The notes beneath the pieces were generated by a model. That model did not search any database and was not told the origin of the DNA. It saw only the letters and a program-made list of their open reading frames with translations. A stretch of 64,000 bases of DNA, taken from assembly GCA_951406725.2 (NCBI GenBank), contig OX597822.1, positions 45,136,001-45,200,000 of the forward strand. The letters run 5' to 3'. The DNA comes from Octopus vulgaris. Its lineage: Eukaryota. Position numbers and translations under genes: made by a program. Every line of letters begins with the position of its first letter. Positions within the stretch are counted from its first letter, which is position 1. Positions 43,953 to 57,854 of the stretch are shown in pieces.

Positions 43953-45369
43953 GAGACTGCACCAAAATCAGCGAAACTGCATCAGAATTAGTGAAACTCC
44001 ATTAGAATTAGCGGAACTGTACCAGAATTAGCGAAATTGCATCAGAATTAGCGAAACTGCATCAGAATTTGTGAAACTTCATCAGAACTAGCGAAACTGT
44101 ACCAGAATTAGTGAAACTGCATCAGAATTAGCGAAACTGCATCAGAATTAGCAAAACTGCATCAGAATTAGCGAAATTGCATCAGAATTAGCGAAACTGC
44201 ATCAGAATTTGTGAAACGTCATCAGAACTAGCGAAACTGTACCAGAATTAGTGAAACTGCATCAGAATTAGCGAAACTGCACCAGAATTAGCAAAACTGC
44301 ATCAGAATTAGCGAAACTGCATCAGAAACTGCATCAGAATTTGTGAAACTTCATCAGAACTAGCGAAACTGTACCAGAATTAGTGAAACTGCATCAGAAT
44401 TAGTGAAACTGCATCAGAATTAGCAAAACTGCATCAGAATTAGCAAAATTACATCAGAATTAGCGAAACTGTACGAGAATTAGCGAAATTGCATCAGAAT
44501 TAGTGAAACTGCACCAGAATTAGCGAAACTGCACCAGAATTAGCAAAACTGTACCAGAATTAGCGAAACTGCATCAGAATTAGCAAAACTGCATCGGAAT
44601 TTGTGAAACTGTATCAGAATTAGCGAAACTGCACCAGAATTAGTGAAACTCCATTGGAATTAGCGGAACTGCGTCAGAATTAGCGAAATTGCATCAGAAT
44701 TAGCGAAACTGCACCAGAATTTGTGAAACTTCATCAGAACTAGCGAAACTGTACCAGAATTAGTGAAACTGCATCAGAATTAGCGAAACTGCATCAGAAT
44801 TAGCAAAATTGCATCAGAATTAGCAAAATTGCATCAGAATTAGCGAAACTGTACGAGAATTAGCGAAATTGCATCAGAATTAGTGAAACTCCACCAGAAT
44901 TAGCGAAACTGCACCAGAATTAGCAAAACTGTACCAGAATTAGCGAAACTGCATTAGAATTAGCGAAACTGCATCAGAAATAGCAAAACTGCATCGGAAT
45001 TTGTGAAACTGTATCAGAATTAGCGAAACTGCACCAGAATTAGTGAAACTCCATTGGAATTAGCGGAACTGCGTCAGAATTAGCGAAATTGCATCAGAAT
45101 TAGTGAAACTGCACCAGAATTTGTGAGACTTCATCAGAATTAGCGAAACTGTACCAGAATTAACGAAACTGCATCAGAATTAGCAAAACTGCATTAGAAT
45201 TAGCAAACCTGCATCAGAATTAGCAAAATTGCATCAGAATTAGCGAAAATGTACGAGAATTAGCGAAATTGCACCAGAATAGCGAAGCTGTACCAGAATT
45301 AGTGAAACTGCATCAGAATTAGCAAAATTGCATCAGAATTAGCGAAACTGCACCAGAATTAGCGAAACT
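43953..45369 (+). repeat. 20-bp minisatellite (GCATCAGAATTAGCGAAACT), about 70 copies, with higher-order variant blocks
   Basis: Head-to-tail units with no spacers; variant block TTTGTGAAACTTCATCAGAACTAGCGAAACTGTACC recurs near 44068, 44207, 44340, 44720 and 45120. Confidence 0.97.
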
Positions 45370-46378
45370 AATCGACTTAATCCCTTTGTGTGTCCTTATT
45401 CGTCCCCTCTATGTTAGCCCCTTGTGGGCAATAAAGAAATAAGAAATGTTAGCATGCCGAGGGAAATGCTTAGCGGTATTTCGTCTGCCGTTACGTTCTG
45501 AGGTCGACTTTGCCTTTCATCCATTCGGGAACGATAAATTAAGTACCAGTTGCACACTGGGGTCGATATAATCGACTTAATCCGTTTGTCTGTCCTTGTT
45601 TGTCCTATGTGTGTTTAGCCCCTTGTGGGTAGTAAAGAAATAGGTATTTCGTCTGCCGCTACGTCTGAGTTCAAATTCTGCCGAGGTCGACTTTGCCTTT
45701 CATCAATTTTGGCACAAGGCCAGCAACTTCGGAGAAGGGGTAAGTCGATTACATCGACGCCAATGCTCAACTTGTACTTATTTTATCGACCCCGAAAGGA
45801 TAAAAGGCATAGTCGACCTCGACTGAATTTGAACTCAAAAAGTAAAGACGGATGAAACACTACTAAGTATTTTACCCAGTGTCATAACGACTCTGCCAGC
45901 TCGCCGCCTAACTGCAAGTGCTAATAAATATTAATAATGATTATTTCAAATTTTTTCCACAGGGACAGCTTCCGGGGAGGTGGAGAATGAGTCAATTCCA
46001 ATGTTCAACTGGTACTTATTTTATCGACCCTGAAAAGATGAAAGGCAAAGTCGACCTCGGCGTAACTTGATCTCAGAACGTAGCTATGGGTGAAATACCG
46101 CTAAGAATTTCGTCTGGCGTGCTAACGATTTTGCTAGCTCGCTGCCTTAAAAATAATTATTATTATTTCAATTTTTCTGCCACAAGGGCAGCTTGGGGGA
46201 GGTGGGTGGTAGATGAGACGATTACATTGATCCCAGTGTTCAACTGCTACTTATTTTATTGACCCCGAAAGGATGAAAAGTCGATCCCCGCGGAATTTGA
46301 ACTCAGGAACTAACAACGGGCGAAACGCTAAGCATTTCGTACAGCGTGCTAACAATTCTGCCAACTCGTCGCCAAACT
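45370..46378. mobile_element. SINE family B cluster: plus-strand partial tandem (45370-45705) then three minus-strand copies
   Basis: Repeated GAGGTCGACTTTGCCTTTCATC and its reverse complement GATGAAAGGCAAAGTCGACCTC. Confidence 0.85.
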
Positions 46379-47629
46379 GAAAATATTAATAATGATAAAA
46401 TACTTAGAAGCAACCCAATTCATCACAATCTTTTAGCAGAAACTTCTGGCAAATTTATCGATGACTTAATGGTTTACGGTACGATGGAACTTAATGGCTG
46501 AAAGAATCCCATTTTCCCCTTTGTACCACATTGGCCAGCATATAGGATCCATACTTGATCGATCTGTTACATTACATAATTGTGATGTTATATATTATAT
46601 TTTGTCTTTTATATATATACTTCACTTGTTTCAGTCATTGAAAACGGCCATGCTGGGGCACCACCTAAAATCAACTGCAGTAATTATTTTTTTATTTATC
46701 TTCCACTGAAAGTGGATGTTGTGTTACGTAGCAAATGAAATACTTCTTTATTTACCATGAGAGACCCTTTCATATGGGTTTGTGGTGCATAAGAGCACTC
46801 GTGTTTATACTGCTGCTTGATCTACTAGATCACATGATTTCGAACCCCCACCCCCCGTCTTGTCAATGACAGACTTTCAGCTAGACATAGCAACCGATTC
46901 TTCCATCAACGAAAATCTTGTGCTCTGGCAGTTCCGGCCGATGTAGCGGGCAGTTATCGTCCGTCAACGATATAAACACGAATGGTTTCATGCACCACAC
47001 GTCCATGTGAAAGGTTCTCTCTGGGTAAATAACGCAGAATTTTATGTTCTAACACATCATCCACGTTATCACTTACTTATTTGTTTATTTATCTATTAAT
47101 TGTTGCAGTCTCGTTCTTATTTTATCGAGCTCTTTTGCTAAACTGGCATGTCGCGTGAAGGTGAAAAAAAACAGACCAGCACAGGTTTCCAAGCAGCGTG
47201 GGGCGACAATCACAAACACATATATACGCACAACACACGTACCCAGACATATATGTGTGTTTATATTATATGCTCTTGTTTTTCACTCTGATGAAGATCC
47301 GTTGCCTTTATTCGAATGCCCTATAAAGATGAAGAATTTTATTCTCGCATTTATATATAGACTGCATTTTCGCAATGCGATCAGTAACGGCCGTAAGATA
47401 TGTTACGTCACCTATTTTGCTATGTCATGCTTTGTATTAAAAAAATAAGCTATAAATGTGGCCCAACCGATGTGTTGGTTAATCTGTGGTTTTCTCCATT
47501 TTCTAATTATTTGCATTGGTTCCTGATAAGCTCTTGTTTATCCTTTTGTTATCTGCACTCTATGTGTATAGTGTGCCTGCACACCATTGCCCGGGGATAA
47601 TCGAGGTAGCGGATACCGATAGTATATAC

Positions 47630-47812
47630 TCTTTTACTCTTTTTTTACTCTTTTATTTGTTTCAGTCATTTGACTGTGGCCATGCTGGAGCACCGCCTTT
47701 AGTCGAGCAAATCGACCCCAGGACTTTTTCTTTGTAAGCCTAGTACTTATTCTATCCGTCTCTTTTGCCGAACCGCTAAGTTACGGGGGACGTAAACACA
47801 CCAACATCGGTT
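47630..47812 (-). mobile_element. SINE family A 3' part
   Basis: Matches the family consensus up to ACACCAACATCGGTT. Confidence 0.85.
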
Positions 47813-48060
47813 ATGATGTTGTGAGCGAGAATGAGATCACCACGGCGGCGGCGTTTTTCTAGAGAATAAAGGTCGAGCGTCTTCAGCCTTTCTTCATAAG
47901 ACAAATTCTTGAGACCATGAACTATGCGGGTAGCCAGCTTCTGGACTCTTTCGAGATGCTGTATGTCTTTGAGGAGATAAGGAGAAGAGGCTTGAATCCC
48001 GTACTCCAATATGGGTCTCACCAGCGCTTGGATGATTTCCAGCGTATAGGCATGGTCCTT
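47813..48060 (-). pseudogene. CR1-clade LINE ORF2 post-RT fragment
   Basis: ORF 47776-48021: RPILEYG..SPYLLKDIQHLERVQKLATRIVHGLKNLSYEERLKTLDLYSLEKRRRRGDLI. Confidence 0.85.
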
Positions 48061-48094
48061 TCAGTGCCCTTAATTTTGAACATGCCGCCACCTT

Positions 48095-48854
48095 TTGGAG
48101 GGTTCAGAATTCCACTTTAAACAAGGTGAAATATTTAAGATCAAATCAAATTTTACCTGTGCCTCGGAAAATCTAATCTATGCCGTGACATGCTTAGGAT
48201 GTGGTAACAACTATTTGGCCAAACAGGAATATCACTCCGTCGAAGAACAACTATCCACAAAGAACAAATCCGCCACCCACAATACAGCCAGTTACAGGTT
48301 AGTGAACACATAGAAAGGTGTGCTAGGAAACCTAATCCTAATTTCCTAATTTTCTCCTTCTATCAATGTTCTCAGAACACCTCAATGCAACAAAGAATGA
48401 ATAAAGGGGCAACTTTCATCAATAAATATCTTCTCCAACTAAATATGAACACATAACATAATACAGAACACTAGTAACCTTTCAATTAATACCACTAACC
48501 TCCATACATCCCTTACACTATTCATATTACAATTCGATATCTAACCTAATTGCACCAAATCCAGAACTACTTACCTCCCTTACAAATAATCTTTTTTCTC
48601 AGGAACTATTAGACCTGACACCGTCCATTAATCGGTGTTCATTCAAAGTAATGAATATTTGTTTTCAAAGCAATGATTAGTAACTTACGAAACCGGTATG
48701 CTTGAATCTCTTTAATAATTTCACAATTATGACTTTTATTACTTTTATTCCTACCTCAGTTCATCTAATTGTATATAGCTTTCGTTACTTTGCATAAAAA
48801 GCCTTTACTTTTTGATCTACAATGTGCATTTTCGTCTATTTTTCTTACTATCCC

Positions 48855-48855
<1 letters not shown>
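48095..48855 (+). mobile_element. Penelope-like element 3' end: GIY-YIG remnant (48095-48457) plus pLTR
   Basis: FKIKSNFTCASENLIYAVTCLGCGNNY; after a frameshift LRRRTTIHKEQIRHPQYSQLQVSEHIERC...FINKYLLQLN; downstream hammerhead; ends at (TA)n. Confidence 0.85.
48668..48703 (+). ncRNA. Minimal hammerhead motif with two core substitutions, in the Penelope 3' pLTR
   Basis: AAGCA-aTGATtA-GTAA-C-TTAC-GAAA-CCGG-TA^TGCTT; 5-bp stem I, palindromic ACCGGT. Confidence 0.7.
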
Positions 48856-48908
<53 letters not shown>

Positions 48909-49397
48909 GACGAGCTTCCACATAGTTTCTGCCTATCACTTTCATTCGCATGGCATTGATCGACTCGGAGCTATACTATAAGATACATGCCCCAGGTGTC
49001 GGACAGTGAGACTGAACTCGGAACCATATGGTTACAAAGTGAGCTGTGGGACTGGATTCGAAACTAGTTAGTTGCAAAGCAAGCTTCTAAACCACACATC
49101 CCTCTCTGCACTTAGTAAAGACATTTGTCTGCTTCATTTCGATAAATAAAGACTGCTTCTAGAATGTTTAAGAAGAATGCATACAGCTTGAAATGCCTGT
49201 CAGCCAAATTGCAAATGGCTGACGAGTAAGTAGCATGGATTGTGCTACAACCCGGTGATTGATCGTGGTAATACGAAACATCGCAGACAAAAATGTGTTA
49301 CATATCCTGCCAGTAATTCTTTTGAGCAAAATATAAAGCTCACACCCTCGCAGCGGTTTTAATCAGAAATGTCTCTGTGTGTGTATGTGTGTGTGTT

Positions 49398-49457
<60 letters not shown>

Positions 49458-49915
49458 TGCGCGCACACGCACACACAGACATGTGAGCGCATGGATATCT
49501 TTCTTCTGCTTTTATAGCAAACCATGCTTTAAAAAGCTCCCGGCAAAGACAAATCCGTTTGCTGCCCAGCATGTTATGCTTACTTAGGCATAACTGAAGG
49601 ATTCAATTCTAAGAAAGACTCAGGAGTAGAGCTGTAAGATAGTTATGCCTCGTTCTGGGAGCTGTAGTATCTGGTACTTCTCAATTATCTTGAGTCTGAC
49701 TTACCACTGGATACCAGAAGAGCAGGAAGAGAAGGTGGGGTAGTTACTGTGCAATCCTACCTCACCTCAGAAATTTCGTGCAAGTAAGTGCGGCTTTATA
49801 TATTTAGGAGATGTTGGTCTAATAAACAACCCCAAGACCAACAACGAATAAAACTGCTAATCAGGTCATCTTCATCGGAATGAAAGACAGGCCTAAGGAA
49901 ACCATGTTTCACATA

Positions 49916-50444
49916 CAAGGGGGTACTGAAAAGTTCCTGGCTTTAAGGAACTTTGTTTTTTTTTTATAGGGCTTATAAACTGAAGGACCACTGCAATAAG
50001 TGTATGAATTTGCGAGGGGAATTCATTCACTCATTCATTCATTTGGTTCTCATTGTGCCTTTGTGACACTTGAGGCGACAGCAAGATCATTCCACCTTCT
50101 AACACTGAATGGGTCCTTGACAGTTTGTTCCATTGTTAACACTCTGCTTTTAAGATCTTTTGTTATTGATCTCCACTACGTTTCCTTTAGTCGGCCACGT
50201 CTTCTTTTACCTAGTGGCGCCCATTGCAAAGCGATCTTGATAATCGAGGTCGGTTTATAACGACAAACTCGACCCACCCATTTTCATCTCCTTGCTTCAA
50301 TAGTTTTTCTTATTGCGTATCACGTTAGCCTTGGTGTGTAGTAGGTTAGTCGAGATCAGATTTGGCCAGTAGACTATAATTAACAGATCCTCTTGTATTC
50401 TTTAAATTTTTACCCATAGCCAGGAACTTTTCAGCACCCCCTCA
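49916..50444 (+). mobile_element. Mariner-derived MITE interrupted by an RTE 3' fragment
   Basis: 27-bp terminal inverted repeats CAAGGGGGTACTGAAAAGTTCCTGGCT / AGCCAGGAACTTTTCAGCACCCCCTCA; transposase C-terminal trace DHCNKCMNLRGE. Confidence 0.75.
50022..50392 (-). pseudogene. RTE-clade LINE 3' end with a (TGAA)n tail
   Basis: Manual translation YWPNLIST..IEARR*KWVGRVCR..IALQWAPLGKRRRGRLKET*WRSI. Confidence 0.75.
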
Positions 50445-50577
50445 CAGTCTACCAAATTAAAATTTTGAATTTACTTCCTTTCACACACACTCCAGTAACT
50501 GTCAATTGTGAAAAGAAAACAGCGAACAGTGAACAGCGTTTTTGATTTACGGTAAATTGCCTGCAGTATTAAATCCA

Positions 50578-51214
50578 ATGACTTAAAACTAGCGAAAGGC
50601 AATTGCTATAACATAGAATACTCACTGAACGTTGTAACCTACACCAAAGAACACTGTAATAGGGTAGCTGCATCGTATTTTAGTCCACTATCAATTGATA
50701 AAACGATAAAGACTTGGGGCGAAACAAGATCATCTGAAGCTATTTTTCTCATGTTGCCGGTTGTACAACAAATACTAATGAAATATTTGCTTCTTGTGCA
50801 TGTATTGAATCTGTAGGAATTTATTTGCTTTTGTTGTGCCATTGTACTTTGTTGCTGCCTTTGTACCAATTTTTACCGATCTATTTGCTTTGTGTGCATG
50901 TAAAAGTATTCGTTGATATCAATGTACAATATTTGCTTTCAGCTACAGTAAATTTAATTTATTTTCCTTTCAAGGTTAGAATAATGGTACCATATATTCG
51001 ATTTCGTGCATGCTTCTAGTATATATATATTGTCTTTACATGTAGGAAATCAGGCTTTCTTCCCCTAAAACCACTGTAAATGTGTGATGAAACGTTACTG
51101 ATATCGATCGATTTTCTTTCTTATTTTTTACTATTTTTCTCTTTATACAAAAATATCCTGGAAAATAGGGGTGCGTCTTATGCGGAAGTGCGTCTTATAC
51201 AGGGCAGTTACGAT
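50578..51214 (+). mobile_element. Pogo/Tc2-like DNA transposon remnant
   Basis: 50595-50726 translates KGNCYNIEYSLNVVTYTKEHCNRVAASYFSP..IKTW (Brinker-type HTH of pogo-like transposases); GGGTGCGTCTTAT twice near 51168-51200. Confidence 0.55.
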
Positions 51215-51259
51215 ATATATTTGTGTATGTATGCGTCTGCGTGTGTCTGTACATATATA

Positions 51260-51727
<468 letters not shown>

Positions 51728-51936
51728 TATCAAATGTTTGTGTTGTTGTACATCAGCTCACTCCTTCCATCAATGGACGTTGCCCGAACAGGTGCCCAAT
51801 GTACCAGTACCACGCATCGGGCGCCGAAGTGAACACCGTTGAAATGTTTTGCTCAAGATCACAATGCACCAAATGGTCCAGCAACTGAAACAGCGATCTC
51901 GTTATCCTGAATGCAACGCCCTAACCACTAGACTAC

Positions 51937-52829
51937 TCACTGTACATCAAAACCTTCCTGCACTTGTCATGTGTAATAGTAAAAAAAATAACTTATTTAC
52001 TTAAGTTTTAACATCGTCTCCTTCGAAATAGTTGCCTTGCACAGCAATATACTGGTCCCATCGTTCCTGCCACGTTTGGAATCCGGCCTGGAAGTCGTTT
52101 CCCGTAAGCAAGTTGAGGACCTTCTGCGATTCGCTCTAGATCTCGACATCGGTGTTAAAATGGCAACGTTTGAGCTGCATTTTCATCTTGAGGAAGAAAT
52201 GGAAGTGCGCAAGTGTTAAATCTTCTGAATAGGACGGATGAGAAAGCGATACCGTGTTATTTTTGGCGAGGAGAGCTCAGTGACAGGGTCCATTGACGTC
52301 GTGAAGAATCCAATACTTTGTGCTCCACAAATCCGGTCACTTTCGCCGCTGAATGTCCTCCCTATGACGCTTCAAAACATCGCAGGAGAACGCTCTATTG
52401 ACGGTGTGGCCCTAGGAGACGAACTTTCCATGCACAATACCGCATTTTCGGGAGTGACGTTCGTGGTATGACTTCCAGATCGCTCATCGTCTTCCAGGGA
52501 CGTTCTTCCATGCCACTCGAAACATTGATTACCGTAAGCTTGCCAAAGCATTTTCAACGTCTCTGTAGCAGATTTCTCAGGTTTAACGCAAGATTTCACG
52601 TTGGTTCTTTGTTTCAACTTCCGGTCCATGACAAAAATCACAGACCACAGCATACACGTGATCACAAAATCACAAATTTCGCAACTTGCGAAGTAAACAC
52701 AGCGATGTCACTCGATATAATGCCACATGACGGTCACTGCTAACTCTTACTGTGAGTGCTGTCACAACAGAATGCTGCCATCTGTTGGCGCGCTACGGAA
52801 CTAGTCCTGGAACTTTTGATACCGTCTCG
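51937..52829 (-). mobile_element. Decayed mariner transposon (mauritiana-like)
   Basis: ORF 52372-52665 MDRKLKQRTNVKSCVKPEKSATETLKMLWQAYG..FEWH..GRTSLEDDERSG; TIR-like AGTCCTGGAACTTTTGATACCGTCTCG; left end uncertain. Confidence 0.75.
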
Positions 52830-52877
52830 CATATATATTAGTGTGTGTGTGTGCGTATATATTTATATGTATATTGT

Positions 52878-53198
52878 GAAGGCGCGTGGCTTAGTGGTTA
52901 TTGTATTTGGCTCACGGTCGTTGGGTCGTGAGTTCAATTCCCGGCGACGCATTGTGTCCTTGAGCAAGAGACTTTATTTCACGTTACTCCATTCCAATCA
53001 GCAGGCAAAAATGTGTAGTACCTGTATTTCAAAGGGTCAGTCTTGTCACATTCTGTGTCAAGCTGAATTTCCTTTAGAACAACTTTAAGGGTAACATGTC
53101 TCTGTGGGGTGCTCAGCCCCTTGCACGTTAATTTCAGGATCAAGCTGTTTCATTGATCGGATCAACTGGAACCTTCGCCGTCGTATACGACAGAGTGT
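52878..53198 (+). mobile_element. SINE family C
   Basis: GGCGCGTGGCTTAGTGG A-box-like, GAGTTCAATTCC B-box-like, TTGTGTCCTTGAGCAAGA CORE-like. Confidence 0.8.
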
Positions 53199-53201
53199 TA
53201 G

Positions 53202-53239
<38 letters not shown>

Positions 53240-53299
53240 TCGACCGCCGAAGTCTACAAGTTTTTTTTCATTCTCTCTCTGTTTAGTTTCCTCTTATTT

Positions 53300-53335
53300 C
53301 TTTCTGTTGAAGAGCATAGACTTGAAACATAAAAG
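53300..53335 (+). ncRNA. Variant minimal hammerhead motif (CUGUUGA core), decayed
   Basis: CTTT-CTGTTGA-A-GAGC-ATAG-aCTT-GAAA-Ca-TA^AAAG; surrounding element homologous to 61450-61610. Confidence 0.5.
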
Positions 53336-53441
53336 GCTTTCATTTTTCCAAATTAATACACTTGTTTGTTGTACGTACACCTGTCTTCGTCTTTTGTTTT
53401 TCAAGAAATTTCAACTATATATTTATATATATATATATATA

Positions 53442-54018
53442 TATATTGCATAGAGGGCATTATTACACATAAATGCCACACGCTAAGAGGGACATAAGTC
53501 ATTACTACCAACATTTAACGAATCATACTGAATGCAGCTCTCGAAGCAAGACATTTAAAAAACCGAATTTAGTTCTATATCACCTGTGATTTCGCAATTA
53601 ACGTATTAAATACGTCTTTTGTTAATCAGTAGAACAGATTCTGAACACATCATAAATAAACATAACCAACATACCTAGCGCAGCCAAACAGACACCTGCT
53701 TCCCTCAGCGAAGCACATGGAACAAAAGACGTATTTAATACGTTAATTGCGAAATCACAGGTGATATAGAACTAAATTCAGTTTTTTAAATGTCTTGCTT
53801 CGAGAGCTGCATTCGGTATGATTCGTTAAATTTTGGTAGTAATGACTTATGTCCCTCTTAGCGTGTGGCATTTATGTGTAATAATGCTCTCTATACAATA
53901 TAAATAAATATTTTCAAGTGAAAAAATTATTTTCGGATTTTTTTCTCTTATGAGGTTTTTCACGCTAACTACCTGATAATTTCTTGTTAAGATTGCTTAT
54001 TAAGATTTTATCCTTAAT

Positions 54019-54022
<4 letters not shown>
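53442..54022 (+). mobile_element. Fold-back pLTR-like element with about 180-bp inverted arms (53442-53623/53721-53902)
   Basis: Near-perfect reverse-complement arms, (TA)n on both sides, GCGAAATCACAGGTGATA hammerhead-like 3' half. Confidence 0.8.
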
Positions 54023-54065
<43 letters not shown>

Positions 54066-54151
54066 TATATAACCAAGAGCACTTATTCGAAATTCAGTAT
54101 ACTGTATTCTCATTGAATATATTCGATTATTTCTTTTTTATATATATATAA

Positions 54152-54244
<93 letters not shown>

Positions 54245-54354
54245 TATATATATATACGTATATATATTTACATATACATATATTTACATATATGTATATA
54301 TATACATACATATATATATATATATATGCATATATGTATATGTATATATACGTT

Positions 54355-54900
54355 AAGGCGCATGGCTCAGTGGTTAGAGCGTCGAGCTTACGATCGTAAG
54401 GTTGTTAGTCCGATTCCTGGACCGAGCTGCGTGATGTATTCTTGAGCAAGACACTTTATTTCACGTTGCTCCAGTCAACTCAGCTATAGAAATGAGTTGC
54501 GATATCACTGGTTCGATGCTGTATCGGCATGGATAACATCAGTGGGGAGGCTGGTATGCATGGGCTACGAGCTGGCAGAAACGTTAGCACGCCGGGCGAA
54601 ATGCTTAGCGGTATTTCGTCTGCCGTTACGTTGTGAGTTCAAATTCCGCCGAGGTAGACTTTGCCTTTCATCCTTTCGGGGTCGATAAATTAAGTACCAC
54701 TGGGGTCGATATAATCGACTTAATACCTATGACTGTCCTTGTTTGTCCCCTCTGTGTTTAGCCCCTTGTGGGTAATAAAGAAATTGGTATGCATGGGCTA
54801 CTGCTGGCTTTCCACAAACAACCTTGCCCGGACTTGTGCCTCTGAGTGTAACTTTCTAGGTGTAACCCCATGGTCATTCATGACCGAAGGGGGTCTCCTA
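54355..54900 (+). mobile_element. SINE-C-related element with a nested SINE-B (about 54567-54783)
   Basis: TGGTATGCATGGGCTAC occurs on both sides of the SINE-B (54552-54568 and 54785-54801), a target-site duplication. Confidence 0.8.
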
Positions 54901-56085
54901 TATATATATATATATATACACACACACAAGAAGCTTCATTCACTTTCCACCTACCAAATCTGAAGCTATAGTAGAAGCCACTTGCCCAAGGTGCCACGCT
55001 GTGAGACCGAACCCCAAGCAATGTGACTGGGAAGCAAACATCTTACTACACAGCCACGCTTGCACTTATATGTGTACATATATTATTGCTGCCCACGCTG
55101 AGCTTACGGGATTACGACGCATATTAGGGTTAATAAATATTTAGAATATAAATATAATACCAAATATGGAAAATTTTAATATTAATGCCGTTTTCTTTAG
55201 AAAAAAAATAAATAGAAAAATATTATTTGTTATTTCTGACTGCATTTGCTTAAAGAATATTCAAATTCACGAAAAAAACTTTAAAATTTCCATATTTCTA
55301 TAGATTTCATGCACATTTAATTTTTTCGTTAAAAATTAAAATTCTAATAGTAATATTAATGAGATCAGTGTCTGATATTAAGAGTCCAACGATACAATTT
55401 TGTTTAAGCTTGTTTTCATTTCAACATTATTTTTAAAAGCGTAAATTAATTCATCTTTCGTGCTTTAAACCCAGTGGCTGTTTTACTGCATAATACCCTG
55501 TCGAAAGGCCTCAAATACTGCATTTAATATACACTGGCATTTATATTAAGTTTGTATAGATTTTTGTTTGTCCTTCCTTTACTTTTATGCTTGCATAGCT
55601 TCCGTTTTTAGATTTTTTTCCTCTTGTTCCGTATTTTCCTTTCTTTTCCATTCTTTCTAATTTTTTGTTGTGTAAATACGGTTTAATCATTACTAGATTT
55701 TGTCTGAACAAACAGGCATGGCTCTGTGATTAACAAGTCGTTTTTGCAACCGCATGGTTTCCGGTTCCGTCCCACTTACGTCGCCCCTGGTAGTGTCTTC
55801 CGCTATAGCCACGGATCGACCAATGACTTGCGAGTGAATTTGGTAGACGGAAACTGTGTGGAAGCTTGTCGTGAATACATAGATTCATCTTTAACTTGTT
55901 TTAGTTATAAAACTGCGATCATGCTGAGGCACCGCCTTAACCGACCCAATACTTTTTTAACCTAAGACTTATTCTATCGGTCTCTTTTGCCAAACCACTA
56001 GGTTACAGTGACGTAAACACATCGTCACCGGGTATCAAGCGGTGTTGGGCAATAAACACCAACACATACATACACATACGCACAC

Positions 56086-56157
<72 letters not shown>

Positions 56158-56293
56158 GGATAGATAGACAGATATATATATATATAAGAAGACATTTATC
56201 CAAGTTGCCACGCAGTGGAACTGAACCTAGAACCAAGTGGTTGGGGAAAGCAAATGTAAGATATATATTTATATATATATATATATGTGTGTG

Positions 56294-56341
<48 letters not shown>

Positions 56342-56373
56342 ATGTATGTATGCATGTATGTATGTATGTATGT

Positions 56374-56670
56374 AAAATTCTATAATTATGAGCATAATTA
56401 TAATTAGGGTTCAGCAAAATTTGCTTCACCACATACCGAAATTTAGAAATAGCAGCTAAAATACTATTCTACTACTATCTTATGGTAGTAGAATATTATT
56501 TTAACTCCTATTTTTAAATTTCGGTATGTGGTGAAGCAAATTTTGCTGAGCCCTAATTATAATTATGCTTATAATTATTGAATTTTTGTATAAATTTACC
56601 GATAATGTTTTTTTTTAACATACCGAACTACTTGGTAAAATTATTAATTGATTAATTAATTTTGCCAAGT
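56374..56670 (+). repeat. Fold-back (arms about 56374-56475/56483-56586) plus tail, related to the 3' end of the 22041-22849 element
   Basis: Reverse-complement arms; shares CTGCTATTTCTAA..GTATGTGG..TACTTGGT.AAATT..TAATTAATTTT with 22685-22835. Confidence 0.8.
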
Positions 56671-56846
56671 ATATATGTATATATATATATATATAAATGT
56701 ATGTATATTTTTCAATGTGTATGTATAACACGGAAAAATAAATAGATAGTTACCAGGTTAGCAAAAGTAAGTGCCAAAGATATTGCAGCCTACTTATAAA
56801 GGTAGAAATTCCAGAGTTTAGTGAAATGTTTTTAAATAACATGATT

Positions 56847-57176
56847 AAATTAAGAAATGAAGTTAATGCAGGTGTTATTCAAATCATTTATTCTTCCAAC
56901 ATATGTTTCGAAAAAAGCATTAAAATTATTCCGGGGGGAATTAAAATGATGTAAAACAATGCAATCAGGGGAAAAAAAGAACAAAACACAACAATAAGCC
57001 ATTCGGTTAAATGGCTTATTGATATGTTTTGTTCCTTTTATTTCCTTGACGAGGCGATTGCATTGTTTTACACCATTTTAACTCCCTCCGGAAGAAGCTC
57101 AATGCTATTTTCGAAAAATATGTTGGAAGTATAAATTATTTGAATAACAACTGCGTTTGACTCCATTTCTTAATTT
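56847..57176. repeat. Imperfect 330-bp palindrome containing a hammerhead motif at 57042-57128
   Basis: Centre AATAAGCCATT-CGGTTA-AATGGCTTATT; TTCC-tTGACGA...GCATT..AATGC..GAAA-aATATG-TT^GGAA; the left arm retains GAAACATATGT on the minus strand. Confidence 0.75.
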
Positions 57177-57375
57177 ATGCATGACAAAAATCAAAATGGC
57201 AGCGGGAACTCATTATTTTTAGCGGGAGACCGCTTTATGTATGTATGTACCTGATGTGACCCAGACAGCATTTGTCGATGAACATCATCCCACCCATGAA
57301 GAACAGTCATAGGAAGGGTCAAAACGATCGCCGTACTAATAAAGACTACTGCCAAATCCATCTTCCGCTTCATTC

Positions 57376-57459
<84 letters not shown>

Positions 57460-57481
57460 CATTATTATTATTATTATTATT

Positions 57482-57796
57482 GAGTGAGAGAGCAGTGCAT
57501 GCCATCAAAGTGACACTGGGGTAAAATATACGAAACCCAGCATACCCATCATGACTACCTGTCTGATAAGGGTACACTAGGCACATGCATCACAACCATA
57601 TGTACGCAACATGGTGATCTCATAACAAGATGAATAGCACATGACCTTGCAGGTGGGGCCCAGTTAGAATTTTCTTCTTGTCGAGTAACCCATCCTGCTC
57701 AAAAGGTCCCTGAATAAGAGTTGTTTAAGGATGTTGAACGAACCACCCATGTTTCCAGAGGTGAATTATTTAAACCCCCAAAGAATCCCTCTCAAC

Positions 57797-57854
<58 letters not shown>

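Noticed and set aside
43953-45369. CRISPR array or tandem hammerhead array
   Set aside because: No unique spacers and no cas genes; CGAAAC and CTGATG lie on opposite strands, so no hammerhead forms.
47284-47412. Hammerhead at CTGATGAAG
   Set aside because: Stem II can form (CCGTTGC/GTAACGG) but the GAAA box and stem I are missing; at most a decayed copy.
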